Source: Bdellovibrionales bacterium (GTDB taxonomy: Bacteria; Bdellovibrionota; Bdellovibrionia; Bdellovibrionales; UBA1609). From it: a stretch of DNA of 64,000 nt. Made by a program: the position numbers and the translations under genes. Positions 1 to 9,125 of this stretch are shown in pieces. Every line of letters begins with the position of its first letter. Positions within the stretch are counted from its first letter, which is position 1. The stretch is from positions 1-64,000 of the forward strand of contig JAWLHR010000010.1 in NCBI GenBank assembly GCA_041690295.1, given 5' to 3'. The notes beneath the pieces are model-generated. The model made no database searches and had not been told where the DNA came from. It saw only the letters and a program-made list of their open reading frames with translations.

Positions 1-228
1 GCAGGGGTGAAAGGTGGCATAAGAAAAGTATCTAGAGCAGCTAACGCAATAAAATCTTCGCACTCTTTTTCCGTCGGAGGTTCGGCGGAAAAATCCGGCC
101 TTTAGAATGCGCATCCGCCGATCGGACATGTCTGGGGATGAGTTACAATAAGGGCAGCTTGGTCGCATGCCCGGTGGTTAAGGGCAAAATTCTCGCCATT
201 ATTTTCTGCAGGCTAGTGGGGCAGTTCT
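1..228 (-). mobile_element. Partial second copy of the IS1-like element (left end plus first ~56 transposase codons, runs off window)
   Basis: Reverse complement matches 37185-37412 with 8 differences in 228 nt (counted by eye). The terminal IR tgcaggctagtggggcagttct lies at 207-228. Confidence 0.92.
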
Positions 229-1534
229 AAAAGGTAACGGAGGTGCCTAGGTGGAACTCATCCTCTTCATCCGAGCGCGCGCTCTTTTTAAACGCGTAAT
301 CCGCTTTGAAAACCCAATTGGGAATGGGGAAGTAACTCAGTCCGAATGTGATTTGCGTCTTGTGGAGTGAATCATCGCGGAGCAAACCTTCCGGCACACG
401 GTCATGCAGATCCAGGACCGAGCGTCGCGCGAAAAGCCAGAGATGATGGTTTTCCGGGTGGTCGGCATAAATCCGAGCGGCGATATGAACCGAATGGCCT
501 TTCGCGCTTTCGCCCATGACCGTGGTATTCATGATCGAGATTGAGTCCGCGTCGACCAGTCGTGCGTTGGCGAATTGGGCGAAAAACTCGAATTGCGGTT
601 GGGCGAGGCGGATGTGAAATTCGCCGATGCCGAAGCTGCCGCGCCGGTAAGCGGCGATTCTTTGCCCGGATTGACCGAAAGCGAGCGATCCACCAAGCGT
701 CACCATTTCCCAGTGCAGATTCGCGCGAGTCACGGTCATTAGATCTTCGGACGGCGCTTTCTGGCCGTGACTACGTCCGCCGTTTAAGAAAGTTTCTCCC
801 TTAAAACCCTGCGCGTTCAATGAATTGAACACGCCCAACGCGAAATTGCCGTTTGGTTGCTCACGCCAAAATGTGATCCCGTTTTCATGCCATTGATCCG
901 GGATCAGTTCACGTTCCAGTTCCGGACGAAGGACACCGAAATAGGTCACGGATTCATTTCGCGTGTTGGTCCATCCGATGGGAACAAGCTGGTGACCGAT
1001 ACGTAACCCTTGTGAATGATGATTGTCGTGAAGCCAGTCCACATAAGCGCTCAAGATCACGGCCTGGCCCTTGCGGAGCGCAACCGTGTCACTGCTCTCC
1101 GCTCCGCCATCTTCCACTAAGAACTGCGAGTTGAAGATCACTCGCGGGTGAAGGCGGGCGCCGACTGTGGGTGATACCCGTCCGATGGTGGTTTTATTCT
1201 GCCGGGGGGTCGTACCATCCATCCCGTGAAGTTCAGAGAAGCTGAGCAGGTCCGCGCTTAAGCCCCAGGAACTCGTCTCGTCGGTGAAATAAATTTTCGA
1301 AGCGGACGGTCCGAGTCCGCTTAAAACTTGATTCGTGCGCGCGGGACTCCATTGCATCTGCCAGGGTTTTTGTGAGGACTTTAATTCAGAAAGTGATTGC
1401 TCAAGCGCTTGAACGCGCGTTTCCAGTTCCGGCGGAGGAGCGGGTGTAGGCGGAGAAGCGGGAGTGGGCTCGGGATTGCCCAAAGCGGGTATCGCCAGGA
1501 TCCACAACAAAGCCGCAATAAGCCATTTCCCCAT
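227..1534 (-). CDS. Outer-membrane beta-barrel/porin-like protein
   Basis: Signal peptide, Pro-rich linker, short coiled coil (LETRVQALEQSLSELK), amphipathic beta strands and a C-terminal Phe (FHLGTSVTF). Confidence 0.7.
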   Translation of the reverse strand: MGKWLIAALLWILAIPALGNPEPTPASPPTPAPPPELETRVQALEQSLSELKSSQKPWQMQWSPARTNQVLSGLGPSASKIYFTDETSSWGLSADLLSFSELHGMDGTTPRQNKTTIGRVSPTVGARLHPRVIFNSQFLVEDGGAESSDTVALRKGQAVILSAYVDWLHDNHHSQGLRIGHQLVPIGWTNTRNESVTYFGVLRPELERELIPDQWHENGITFWREQPNGNFALGVFNSLNAQGFKGETFLNGGRSHGQKAPSEDLMTVTRANLHWEMVTLGGSLAFGQSGQRIAAYRRGSFGIGEFHIRLAQPQFEFFAQFANARLVDADSISIMNTTVMGESAKGHSVHIAARIYADHPENHHLWLFARRSVLDLHDRVPEGLLRDDSLHKTQITFGLSYFPIPNWVFKADYAFKKSARSDEEDEFHLGTSVTF

Positions 1535-1571
1535 AGCCTTAATGGTAATGGCGTTATCAACTTTATGTCAT

Positions 1572-1826
1572 CTATGGACGACGACGTCGAGACGAGGGGC
1601 GGGGATCATCGGGAAACTGACCGGTGGTCAGATAGGTTTCAAGCATCTTTCGTAAGACCGGTTGGCAGCTTCCTCCGCAGGGCCCGACTCCGGCCATGGT
1701 AGAGTCGAAAATTTTGCCTAGACTGTGGCAACCGCGCTCGATGGCGGCTTCAATTTCGGCTTGCGAAATGGCGTTGCAATAACAAATAAGGCGTCTGGAT
1801 TTATCGTTTTTGACCGGCAATGCCAT
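1572..1826 (-). CDS. BFD-like [2Fe-2S]-binding protein
   Basis: ICYCNAI...GPCGGSC Cys pattern. Start uncertain; ATG 1826 chosen. Confidence 0.8.
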   Translation of the reverse strand: MALPVKNDKSRRLICYCNAISQAEIEAAIERGCHSLGKIFDSTMAGVGPCGGSCQPVLRKMLETYLTTGQFPDDPRPSSRRRRP

Positions 1827-2835
1827 CCGATGAATCAAGGCGGTGGAGGAGCATTTGCACGACCTTCTTTTTGATGTCGCTGTATTCGCCCCGGATATAC
1901 GCGCCGGCCGCGAACATATGGCCGCCGCCCTGGAAATGTTCGGCGATCCCGAGCACCTCCAGCCGGCCCTTGCTCCTCAGCGAGAGTTTGTATTCGTTTT
2001 TGCCGTCCTCACGAAAGACCGCGGCGGCCTGTAGCGAGTTCACGTTCATGATCATATCGATCAAGTCGCGCGAGTCATCCATGTCCATGCTGTGATCGGC
2101 TAAGTCTTTCGCGTAAAGTTTTAAGATGGCCAGTCGTCCACCGCCATGAAACTCGATCTGACCCAGAACCTTTGAAAGAAAAGCCACCTTGTTGATCGTG
2201 TGGGTCGAGAACAGGTGACGATGGATTTCTTCGGCGTTGTTGATGTGCAAAAGAAGCTCGGCCGCGATCAAATGAGAGTTGACCGAATTTTTAACGAAGC
2301 GGAAAAGTTGCGTGTCGAAAGTGATGCTCGTGTAAAGCGCCTGGGCGATCATTTCGTCAAAGCGGATGCCCAGGCCTTTTAATATAAAATAAGAGATCTC
2401 CCCGGTACTGGCCGCGCGGGTTTCGATGTAGGATCCGGCGGTGGGTTCCGGCCCCTGATTGAGGACAGGGTGGTGGTCCACGAAAAGGATCTCGCGGCAG
2501 GTTTTCTCAAGCTCAGGGAAAAGCGGCTCCACCAGGCGCCGGTCATTGGTGTCGAAAATCAGGCATAAATCGATATTGTCGAGTGGCGTATGGGGGCCCT
2601 CGAAGGTCTCCACATGCCGCTCAGGTTCAAGAAACTGGTATTTTTTAGGGACCGCGTCCACGAGCAGGACGCGCACTCTTTTACCGGTTTTGCGCAGGCC
2701 GTGATAAAGCGCCAAAAGCGCTCCCAGGCCGTCGCCGTCGCACTGTTTATGGGTGGTTAAAAGCAAGGTCTGCGCCGCTGAAATTCGACGTACGAGAGAA
2801 TCCACGTTCAGAGCTGATAGACTTGGCGTTCCCAT
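1801..2835 (-). CDS. DHH/DHHA1 phosphoesterase (NrnA-like oligoribonuclease/PAP phosphatase)
   Basis: THKQCDGDG, FDT, VDHH, SLRS and GGGHMFAAG motifs. Confidence 0.9.
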   Translation of the reverse strand: MGTPSLSALNVDSLVRRISAAQTLLLTTHKQCDGDGLGALLALYHGLRKTGKRVRVLLVDAVPKKYQFLEPERHVETFEGPHTPLDNIDLCLIFDTNDRRLVEPLFPELEKTCREILFVDHHPVLNQGPEPTAGSYIETRAASTGEISYFILKGLGIRFDEMIAQALYTSITFDTQLFRFVKNSVNSHLIAAELLLHINNAEEIHRHLFSTHTINKVAFLSKVLGQIEFHGGGRLAILKLYAKDLADHSMDMDDSRDLIDMIMNVNSLQAAAVFREDGKNEYKLSLRSKGRLEVLGIAEHFQGGGHMFAAGAYIRGEYSDIKKKVVQMLLHRLDSSDGIAGQKR

Positions 2836-2849
2836 ATTTTTACCTATTT

Positions 2850-2877
2850 TAATCGGCCTTTAGCGTTCCGGGCTCGA
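2850..2877 (-). promoter_or_regulatory. Putative sigma28/FliA-type promoter for the DHH gene
   Basis: Minus strand TCGAG-N15-GCCGATTA, 14 nt upstream of the ATG. Confidence 0.4.
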
Positions 2878-2891
2878 GAGAAATGTTTCGG

Positions 2892-2919
2892 TTGACTGCG
2901 TCAAATTTTTCACTAGAAT
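2892..2919 (+). promoter_or_regulatory. Putative sigma70 promoter of greA
   Basis: TTGACT-N16-TAGAAT, followed by an AGGAG RBS at 2932-2936. Confidence 0.6.
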
Positions 2920-2942
2920 GCCGTGCTTTTTAGGAGAAGATC

Positions 2943-3419
2943 ATGACGGAGCGACAACCCATGACTTTGGCCGGGAAGGCCAAACTTGAAGCTGAATTAA
3001 AGAACCTGATCCAAGTCGAACGCCCTGCCGTGATCCGTGCGATAGAAGAAGCTCGTGGCCACGGTGATATTAGCGAGAATGCGGATTATGACGCCGCGAA
3101 GGACCGCCAGGCTTTGATCGAGGGCCGGATCGCGGAGATCCAGGCCAAGCTCGCCAATGCGGAAGTCGTGGATCCATCCAAACTTCAGTCAAACACCATC
3201 ATTTTCGGCGCCACCGTGGAGCTTCAGGACCTGGAAAATGACGAGAAGGTCAAATATCAAATCGTCGGCGAGGATGAGTCGGACGTGAAAATGGGCAAGA
3301 TTTCGGTGTTCTCCCCCATCGCCCGCTCGCTGATCGGCAAGAAAAAAGGCGATATTATTGAGTTTCGCAGCCCGAAAGGCGAAAAGGAATACGAGGTTCT
3401 GAACTTCTATTTCGAATAA
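2943..3419 (+). CDS. greA: Transcription elongation factor GreA
   Basis: ARGHGDISENADYDAAK, YQIVGEDE and ISVFSPIARSLIGK motifs. Confidence 0.97.
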   Translation: MTERQPMTLAGKAKLEAELKNLIQVERPAVIRAIEEARGHGDISENADYDAAKDRQALIEGRIAEIQAKLANAEVVDPSKLQSNTIIFGATVELQDLENDEKVKYQIVGEDESDVKMGKISVFSPIARSLIGKKKGDIIEFRSPKGEKEYEVLNFYFE

Positions 3420-3440
3420 ACCAGACCTCCATGGAGGCAC

Positions 3441-5384
3441 ATGCGCATTCTTCGCGGCAAGTCCAACCTGGAAGTTTCTTCGCATGGGTTCGCGCTCTTT
3501 GTTTTCGGTTTAATTCTGGCGACGTTTATCGGTGGTGCGGTTCGCACGCTTTTAAGTTCGAACCGCATCCATGAGCGGATCGTAAGGGAACTCGCCCGCG
3601 CCTTTCCCGGACATGAAATCAAAATCGGTGAAACTGAAGTTTTACTCTCACGGGGCATTTGGCCGGGATTCGGTGTTCAGATTTCAGACCTGACTCTGCG
3701 AAAAGAGGCCTGCGGAAAGCTGGGTTTTGAACTCAAAGTCCCCAGCGTGATATTGCCCATCAATGTCTTTAGTTTCAAAGATGGTCACTTACGGCTGGGG
3801 AAAGTCGAGTTAATTTCCGCGCACGTTCATTTGGATAATAAAGAATGTCCGGACGAACCCGTCGCCGAATCTCCCGCCCAAATGCAACCCGCGCCGACGA
3901 TGGCGCAAGCGGCGGCGCCGATCATGGCGCTTCCCGCGCTGACATGGCAGGAACTTCGGCGGTTTATCGACGGCGTCGCGCTTTATGATTTCACCCTCAC
4001 CTACGAGCAGGATCCCACTTGGCGTCTGATTTTCGACTCCGCGCGGTTTCGCTTTGGTCGTGAGCTGCGGATCAACGCCTTGGTCAAAGCCATCAAAACT
4101 TTGCCCTTCGGAACCATTGAACATGGCTTGGATATCAGGGGTCGTGGTGAAGGATCGCTTCTCGAATGGAATGTGACTTCGGATTTCAAGGAAGGGCGGA
4201 TTCATTGGCGGGGCCAATGGGACATGAGTTCACAGTCGGCCGCTTCTTCGGTGGAAATTTCCCAATTGCCGATCAAGGATGTCCTTAACGAGCTTTATCA
4301 AATGGATATCATTGACCGCGAGGTTCAGATCCGGGCCAGCTGGCTGAGTTGCGGCGGACAATGGGAAGGTTCGCTTTTAAAACTTTCGGAAAATCCGGTG
4401 CGACTCTCCGATTGCAAAATCGAAGGCGCCTATGGCGGCATCCATCTGGAAGAGGCCGACTTGTATCCTTTCGAACAAAGTCCGTTTAAGGTGCCGGCGG
4501 AGTTCCGTATCAAAGGATTGAAGCTTCAACCCTTGGTTGAAGCGCTCAATCGCAAGGTTCTTCCCACGGTGATCGCGAAGCTCGGCAGTTGGTCGGGGCA
4601 AGTTCGCTTCATGAATAAAAACGTGTGGAGCGTCGATGGCTTGCTGGAAAGCATGGAAGTGGTCTTTTCCAATCAAAGTGTGCGGGGCAAACAACTGATT
4701 CGAAAGATCCGAACAAAGGTGGAAAAGGTCGAGGGATTGATCGCCGCCCGATTGGATCAGGTCCAGATCGTGAACGGCGAATTTGACGGCGCTTTGGAAT
4801 TCCAGCTTGCGGATGATTGGCGAAGTGGATCATTCACTTCCAATATCAATAATCTCCGTTTCAGCCCACCCGTTGAGGATTTGTTGATCGGCGGTGGTTG
4901 GAGCGCCTTGAAGGTGCAAGGCCAAGGCCGGCTGAACGGCGGCGAACTCAGTGAATGGAAAGGTACGATTGAAATTCCCGAACTTCATGGCAGCGGTTGG
5001 GCTGGCGAGGATCTGGTGGTTGAAGGAAAATATGTACCCGGGCTATTTCAAATCAACGCCCGCATGAGTCAGGTTCGAATGACACCGGCATCGAAATATT
5101 TCCCCGTCATTCGCGAACGTACCGGAATTGATTCGGATTCACTGCGATGGCAGCAGCTGCGTTCAAAAGTCGAGATCCGGAATAACGGCGGAGACATTCT
5201 TTCTCTGACCGCCATTGAAGCGGGTTCGGGAAAACCTTGGCAGGCCCGCGGGACTTGGCAGAGGGACCGGGAACTCCTCGCCTCGGTCAACGGCATGGTG
5301 GATGGGCGATCACGCCTCTTCGCGATTCGTATCGAAAAGGGCTTAATGACCATGGATGAACAACCGCCCACGGCCGCACATTAA
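3441..5384 (+). CDS. Membrane-anchored beta-rich periplasmic protein (AsmA-like)
   Basis: N-terminal TM helix followed by a long beta-strand-rich region; GGAGG RBS. Confidence 0.55.
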   Translation: MRILRGKSNLEVSSHGFALFVFGLILATFIGGAVRTLLSSNRIHERIVRELARAFPGHEIKIGETEVLLSRGIWPGFGVQISDLTLRKEACGKLGFELKVPSVILPINVFSFKDGHLRLGKVELISAHVHLDNKECPDEPVAESPAQMQPAPTMAQAAAPIMALPALTWQELRRFIDGVALYDFTLTYEQDPTWRLIFDSARFRFGRELRINALVKAIKTLPFGTIEHGLDIRGRGEGSLLEWNVTSDFKEGRIHWRGQWDMSSQSAASSVEISQLPIKDVLNELYQMDIIDREVQIRASWLSCGGQWEGSLLKLSENPVRLSDCKIEGAYGGIHLEEADLYPFEQSPFKVPAEFRIKGLKLQPLVEALNRKVLPTVIAKLGSWSGQVRFMNKNVWSVDGLLESMEVVFSNQSVRGKQLIRKIRTKVEKVEGLIAARLDQVQIVNGEFDGALEFQLADDWRSGSFTSNINNLRFSPPVEDLLIGGGWSALKVQGQGRLNGGELSEWKGTIEIPELHGSGWAGEDLVVEGKYVPGLFQINARMSQVRMTPASKYFPVIRERTGIDSDSLRWQQLRSKVEIRNNGGDILSLTAIEAGSGKPWQARGTWQRDRELLASVNGMVDGRSRLFAIRIEKGLMTMDEQPPTAAH

Positions 5385-5478
5385 GTCTCACATTTACGCT
5401 TCATCTTATTAAGTATTGGGACCAAGGGGGCGAATGGCTGATCGGTTCTCGCGAATTCTTTCACGGGTTTCACGGTGA

Positions 5479-5778
5479 TCACTCGCAATTCAGGATCAGA
5501 TTCACGCTTCTGAACTGGTATCCGGGAATAACACGGATGCATTTTCCTTGAAGGGGAATCAGCGAAAGTCCAAGGGGAACATGGGCTCCGGTTAAAATCA
5601 GCTGGCGTTGATCGGTGAAGTTGATGGTCACCTGGCGGCTATCCACTTCGTCGGAAATGACCCCGACACTTTGAATGGTGACCGGTTGGGAGTCGCCGTA
5701 ATGCCAACCGCCGCCGCGGAACTCGACCGCGGCGAATGAGGGAATTGAAAAAAACAGGGCCATGATCAGATTGTTCAT
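5479..5778 (-). CDS. Small secreted hypothetical protein
   Basis: Signal-like MNNLIMALFFSIPSFA; starts just after the stop of the upstream OMP gene. Confidence 0.55.
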   Translation of the reverse strand: MNNLIMALFFSIPSFAAVEFRGGGWHYGDSQPVTIQSVGVISDEVDSRQVTINFTDQRQLILTGAHVPLGLSLIPLQGKCIRVIPGYQFRSVNLILNCE

Positions 5779-5780
5779 GG

Positions 5781-6329
5781 CTAAAACCAATAAATGAAAT
5801 TCGCGCCGAACGTGGAAAAGTTCTCCATGTGTTTGGCGAATTCGCCGAGTCCGCGTTCGTAGTACACGTCAAACCCGATCATATCTTGAAAAAGAAAATT
5901 GACTCCCAAATGGAGCAAGGGAATCAGTTTATCAACGTCGGTTTCCATGGTGATCCCCGCGGGAACGTCGACGTCTTCCGCAGTATTGAAGGCGAAAACC
6001 ATACCGCCGAACAGGCCCACCATTTCGTTGACATTAAATTGAACGAGCGCAGGGACGTCCAAATAGCTCAAATTCACTTCGATCGTCCGGCCCAATAATT
6101 TCACATCGAAATTTCTCGGGGCGTAAAGCAAACCGCTGCGGAACTTGAATCCGTCCGCAAGTTCGAAAGCCACAAGGGCGCCCAGTTTGTAATTGAGTTT
6201 GCCGTCGACGGAAACGCCGGGAATATTGCTATCGGCCGTTGTTTGATTAAATCCGATGCTTCCACCGAACTCCTGGGCCAGGGCCGGAGAGCAAATCAAT
6301 AGAGTGAAGACCAATAAGAGATTTCGCAT
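5781..6329 (-). CDS. Small outer-membrane beta-barrel (porin-family) protein
   Basis: Signal peptide, LSYLDVPALVQF and YYERGL strands, terminal aromatic YWF. Confidence 0.8.
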   Translation of the reverse strand: MRNLLLVFTLLICSPALAQEFGGSIGFNQTTADSNIPGVSVDGKLNYKLGALVAFELADGFKFRSGLLYAPRNFDVKLLGRTIEVNLSYLDVPALVQFNVNEMVGLFGGMVFAFNTAEDVDVPAGITMETDVDKLIPLLHLGVNFLFQDMIGFDVYYERGLGEFAKHMENFSTFGANFIYWF

Positions 6330-6384
6330 GTTGACCTCCGAGATGACAGCGGCGGTATTTCCGCCGACATCCGGAAATCATAGC

Positions 6385-6816
6385 TTAGTAGTCTTCGAGA
6401 TCAAACTCTTTTAGAGGCGGAATCTGGCGCCCTTTTTTGATGGCTTGCTCGACAGCCCGCCGTTGCTGCACTTCGCAAAGCCGCGCCAATTCCAATTTTC
6501 TCGCGCGCTCTTTTTGGGATTTTTCCCATTCAATGCGGAGCGCTTCCTCGCGCGCGTGATCCTTTTTGATAGCTCGATAAGCCTTACGCGCTTCATTCAA
6601 TCGTTGTTCGTGTCTCTGTCGTTCGGCTTTGACCAGTGGAACTCCCTTTTCCAATTCGCGCAGACGCTCCTCGCGTTCATATTGCACACGGAAAAAGTCA
6701 TCATACCGTTGATTGACTTTTTCCACGCGGGCGGCCGCCTCCGGTCCGCTCAAATCACAAGTGAGCGCATGGGTAAAAGGTGCAAACAGCCAAATAAAAA
6801 CCAGCAATGCTTTCAT
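6385..6816 (-). CDS. Secreted coiled-coil hypothetical protein
   Basis: Signal MKALLVFIWLFAPFTHA; charged helical body. Confidence 0.65.
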   Translation of the reverse strand: MKALLVFIWLFAPFTHALTCDLSGPEAAARVEKVNQRYDDFFRVQYEREERLRELEKGVPLVKAERQRHEQRLNEARKAYRAIKKDHAREEALRIEWEKSQKERARKLELARLCEVQQRRAVEQAIKKGRQIPPLKEFDLEDY

Positions 6817-6887
6817 ACTCTTGATCTTATATGAGTATTTGCTAAAACTTGAGCCGGATTCGACCAAGGTCTGAAGAAAGGGACGCG

Positions 6888-7913
6888 ATGGATTACCTAA
6901 TGGAACTGGGCGTGTTTACAGGCAAGTCCGTGGTGGTTGTATTGGCCGTAAGCCTGATTTTGATCTTGTTCTTCGGACTGTTGATGCGAGCCCGTTCCGC
7001 GAAACCTCTATTGGACGTCGAGGATCTTAATAAAAAATTCGATCGGATGTCCCGGGCCCTCAAATCTCAGGTACTGACGGGCAAGAACCTGAAGCAGGAA
7101 TTAAAACTCGAAAAGAAGCGAGCCAAGGAACGTGAGAAGCAAGCGCCGGAGCAAAAGCGCATTTTCGTGCTGGAGTTTACGGGCGACATCCGTGGCACCC
7201 ACGTGGACCGCCTGCGGGATGAAATCACCACGGTCCTCACCATCGCCCGGCCCGGAACGGATGAGGTCGTGGTTAAACTGGAAAGTCCGGGTGGAATGGC
7301 TCATGTCTACGGATTGGGCGCGACTCAGTTGATGCGCATCCGCGATGCGGGTTTGCAGCTCACCATCTGCGTGGACAAAGTGGCCGCCAGCGGCGGTTAC
7401 ATGATGGCCTGCACGGGACATCGCATTTTGGCGTCACCTTTCGCCATTGTCGGCTCCATCGGTGTGGTCGCGCAGGTTCCCAATTTTCACCGGCTTTTGA
7501 AACGTCATGACGTGGACTTCGAGGAAATCACGGCGGGCGAATTCAAACGCACGGTTTCCCTCTTCGGCGAGATCACGGAAAAAGGTCGCGCGAAATTTTT
7601 GGAACAGATCGAGGACACTCATTTGCTCTTCAAGATGTTCGTTAAAGAATGCCGGCCGACTTTGGATTTGGACCGTGTGGCCACTGGAGAGTATTGGTTC
7701 GGCCGACGGGCCAAGGAACTGAATTTGGTTGATGAATTGGTCAGCAGTGATGATTACTTGTTCCGCCAGAGGGATTCGGCCCGCATCTTCAAAGTGGAGC
7801 TGCATGGACGCAAGAAGCTGTCGGAGCGATTGGCGGAAAACGTCGCGAGAATCGGCGAAAACATCGCGGATCGGGTTTTCACACGAATTCGCGAATCATC
7901 CCTTTGGTCTTGA
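6888..7913 (+). CDS. sohB: S49 peptidase SohB
   Basis: N-terminal TM, LESPGG, DKVAASGGYMMAC, GSIGVVAQVPNFHRLLK and VATGEYWFG motifs. Confidence 0.93.
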   Translation: MDYLMELGVFTGKSVVVVLAVSLILILFFGLLMRARSAKPLLDVEDLNKKFDRMSRALKSQVLTGKNLKQELKLEKKRAKEREKQAPEQKRIFVLEFTGDIRGTHVDRLRDEITTVLTIARPGTDEVVVKLESPGGMAHVYGLGATQLMRIRDAGLQLTICVDKVAASGGYMMACTGHRILASPFAIVGSIGVVAQVPNFHRLLKRHDVDFEEITAGEFKRTVSLFGEITEKGRAKFLEQIEDTHLLFKMFVKECRPTLDLDRVATGEYWFGRRAKELNLVDELVSSDDYLFRQRDSARIFKVELHGRKKLSERLAENVARIGENIADRVFTRIRESSLWS

Positions 7914-7918
7914 GAACC

Positions 7919-8626
7919 TTAACTCTTTAACAAACTGTTGATCGGTAAATCAGTCAGGGTTGAGAGCCGGCGCAAAAATCGAAACACCAAGACACCGGAA
8001 AAAATCATAAGTGGTCCGGCGATCACCACGAACCCCATCCAAGTCATGCGGGCGATTTGTTCGTTCAAAATGCGTTCGCGGGCGGCGTTTTCGAGTCCCG
8101 GATCAATATCCGCGAAAATCCAATAGGCGATCAGAAAATTCAGTATGGCCGAAATTAAAAATGAAAATGAGAACCAAAGGGTGGTGCGCTGGAGAAGACG
8201 GGTGAATTCCTCAGTTCGTCCGCGATCATTCAACCGTTCTTCAACCAAATCGATATTTAAAACCTGGGGATTGTAAAAGAACATCTTCGCGGCGGGATTC
8301 TTGGTCCACCGGGAGAAAAGCACCATCAAACCCAAAATTAAAGGAAGGCTGGCTTCCTTCAGGGCGAACCAAATGCCTTCAAGTTTCATCAAGGCGAATC
8401 CGCCGGTCAGGAGAATGTTCACCACGCCCAGTAATGAAACATAATTTTTGTGTCCTCGGCGAATGTAGTCGTGGATTCCGTAGCCCAGGGGCAAAGCCAA
8501 GGCGATCACTAAAAGAGTTTTGGGATCAAGGTATTGATCGCCTTTGTTAAGCACGACCACCGGCAGGATGATGTTGATTAAAATATTAAGAAAAGGGTTT
8601 TCCGGTGGCGCATTTCGTTTCGGCAT
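7919..8626 (-). CDS. VC0807-family multi-pass membrane protein
   Basis: NILINIILPVVVL and WFALKEASLP motifs; several TM helices. Confidence 0.7.
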   Translation of the reverse strand: MPKRNAPPENPFLNILINIILPVVVLNKGDQYLDPKTLLVIALALPLGYGIHDYIRRGHKNYVSLLGVVNILLTGGFALMKLEGIWFALKEASLPLILGLMVLFSRWTKNPAAKMFFYNPQVLNIDLVEERLNDRGRTEEFTRLLQRTTLWFSFSFLISAILNFLIAYWIFADIDPGLENAARERILNEQIARMTWMGFVVIAGPLMIFSGVLVFRFLRRLSTLTDLPINSLLKS

Positions 8627-8732
8627 CGCTAAAGGTCTTGCTCGCTCGTTAATTTTGTTGTGGTTCGAGAATTGCCCGAGATTATAATAAGATATAATTC
8701 AGTCAACTGAGGTGTGGCATCCATGGGGTTTA

Positions 8733-9125
8733 ATGACGATCAACGTTGAGCTCTTTCTTTTTCTGCTGATTCTTTACCAGGTTAAGCATTTTTTGGCGGA
8801 TTACGTTTTCCAAAATGTATGGATGCTGCAGAAGGCAAGGCCGGGATGGGATTTCGTATTGCCTTTGAGCATCCACTCGGGAATTCATGGGTTCCTTACA
8901 CTTCTCGTTGCCCTTTATGTGAATCCGGCCCTTTGGTGGCTCGCCATACTGGACACTGTCACTCATTTTGTAATGGATCGCATCAAAGCCGGCCCCAGGT
9001 ATTTAGGACGGTTTTCTGATATGCGCAGTAAGTCATACTGGGTTTCATTCGGCTTCGATCAAATGGTTCATCATTTGACCCATATTTATATCTGTTGGGC
9101 TTTAGTGGTCAGTGTGGCCGGGTGA
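8733..9125 (+). CDS. DUF3307-family membrane protein
   Basis: KHFLADYVFQ, HSGIHG, HFVMD and GFDQMVH His pattern. Confidence 0.8.
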   Translation: MTINVELFLFLLILYQVKHFLADYVFQNVWMLQKARPGWDFVLPLSIHSGIHGFLTLLVALYVNPALWWLAILDTVTHFVMDRIKAGPRYLGRFSDMRSKSYWVSFGFDQMVHHLTHIYICWALVVSVAG

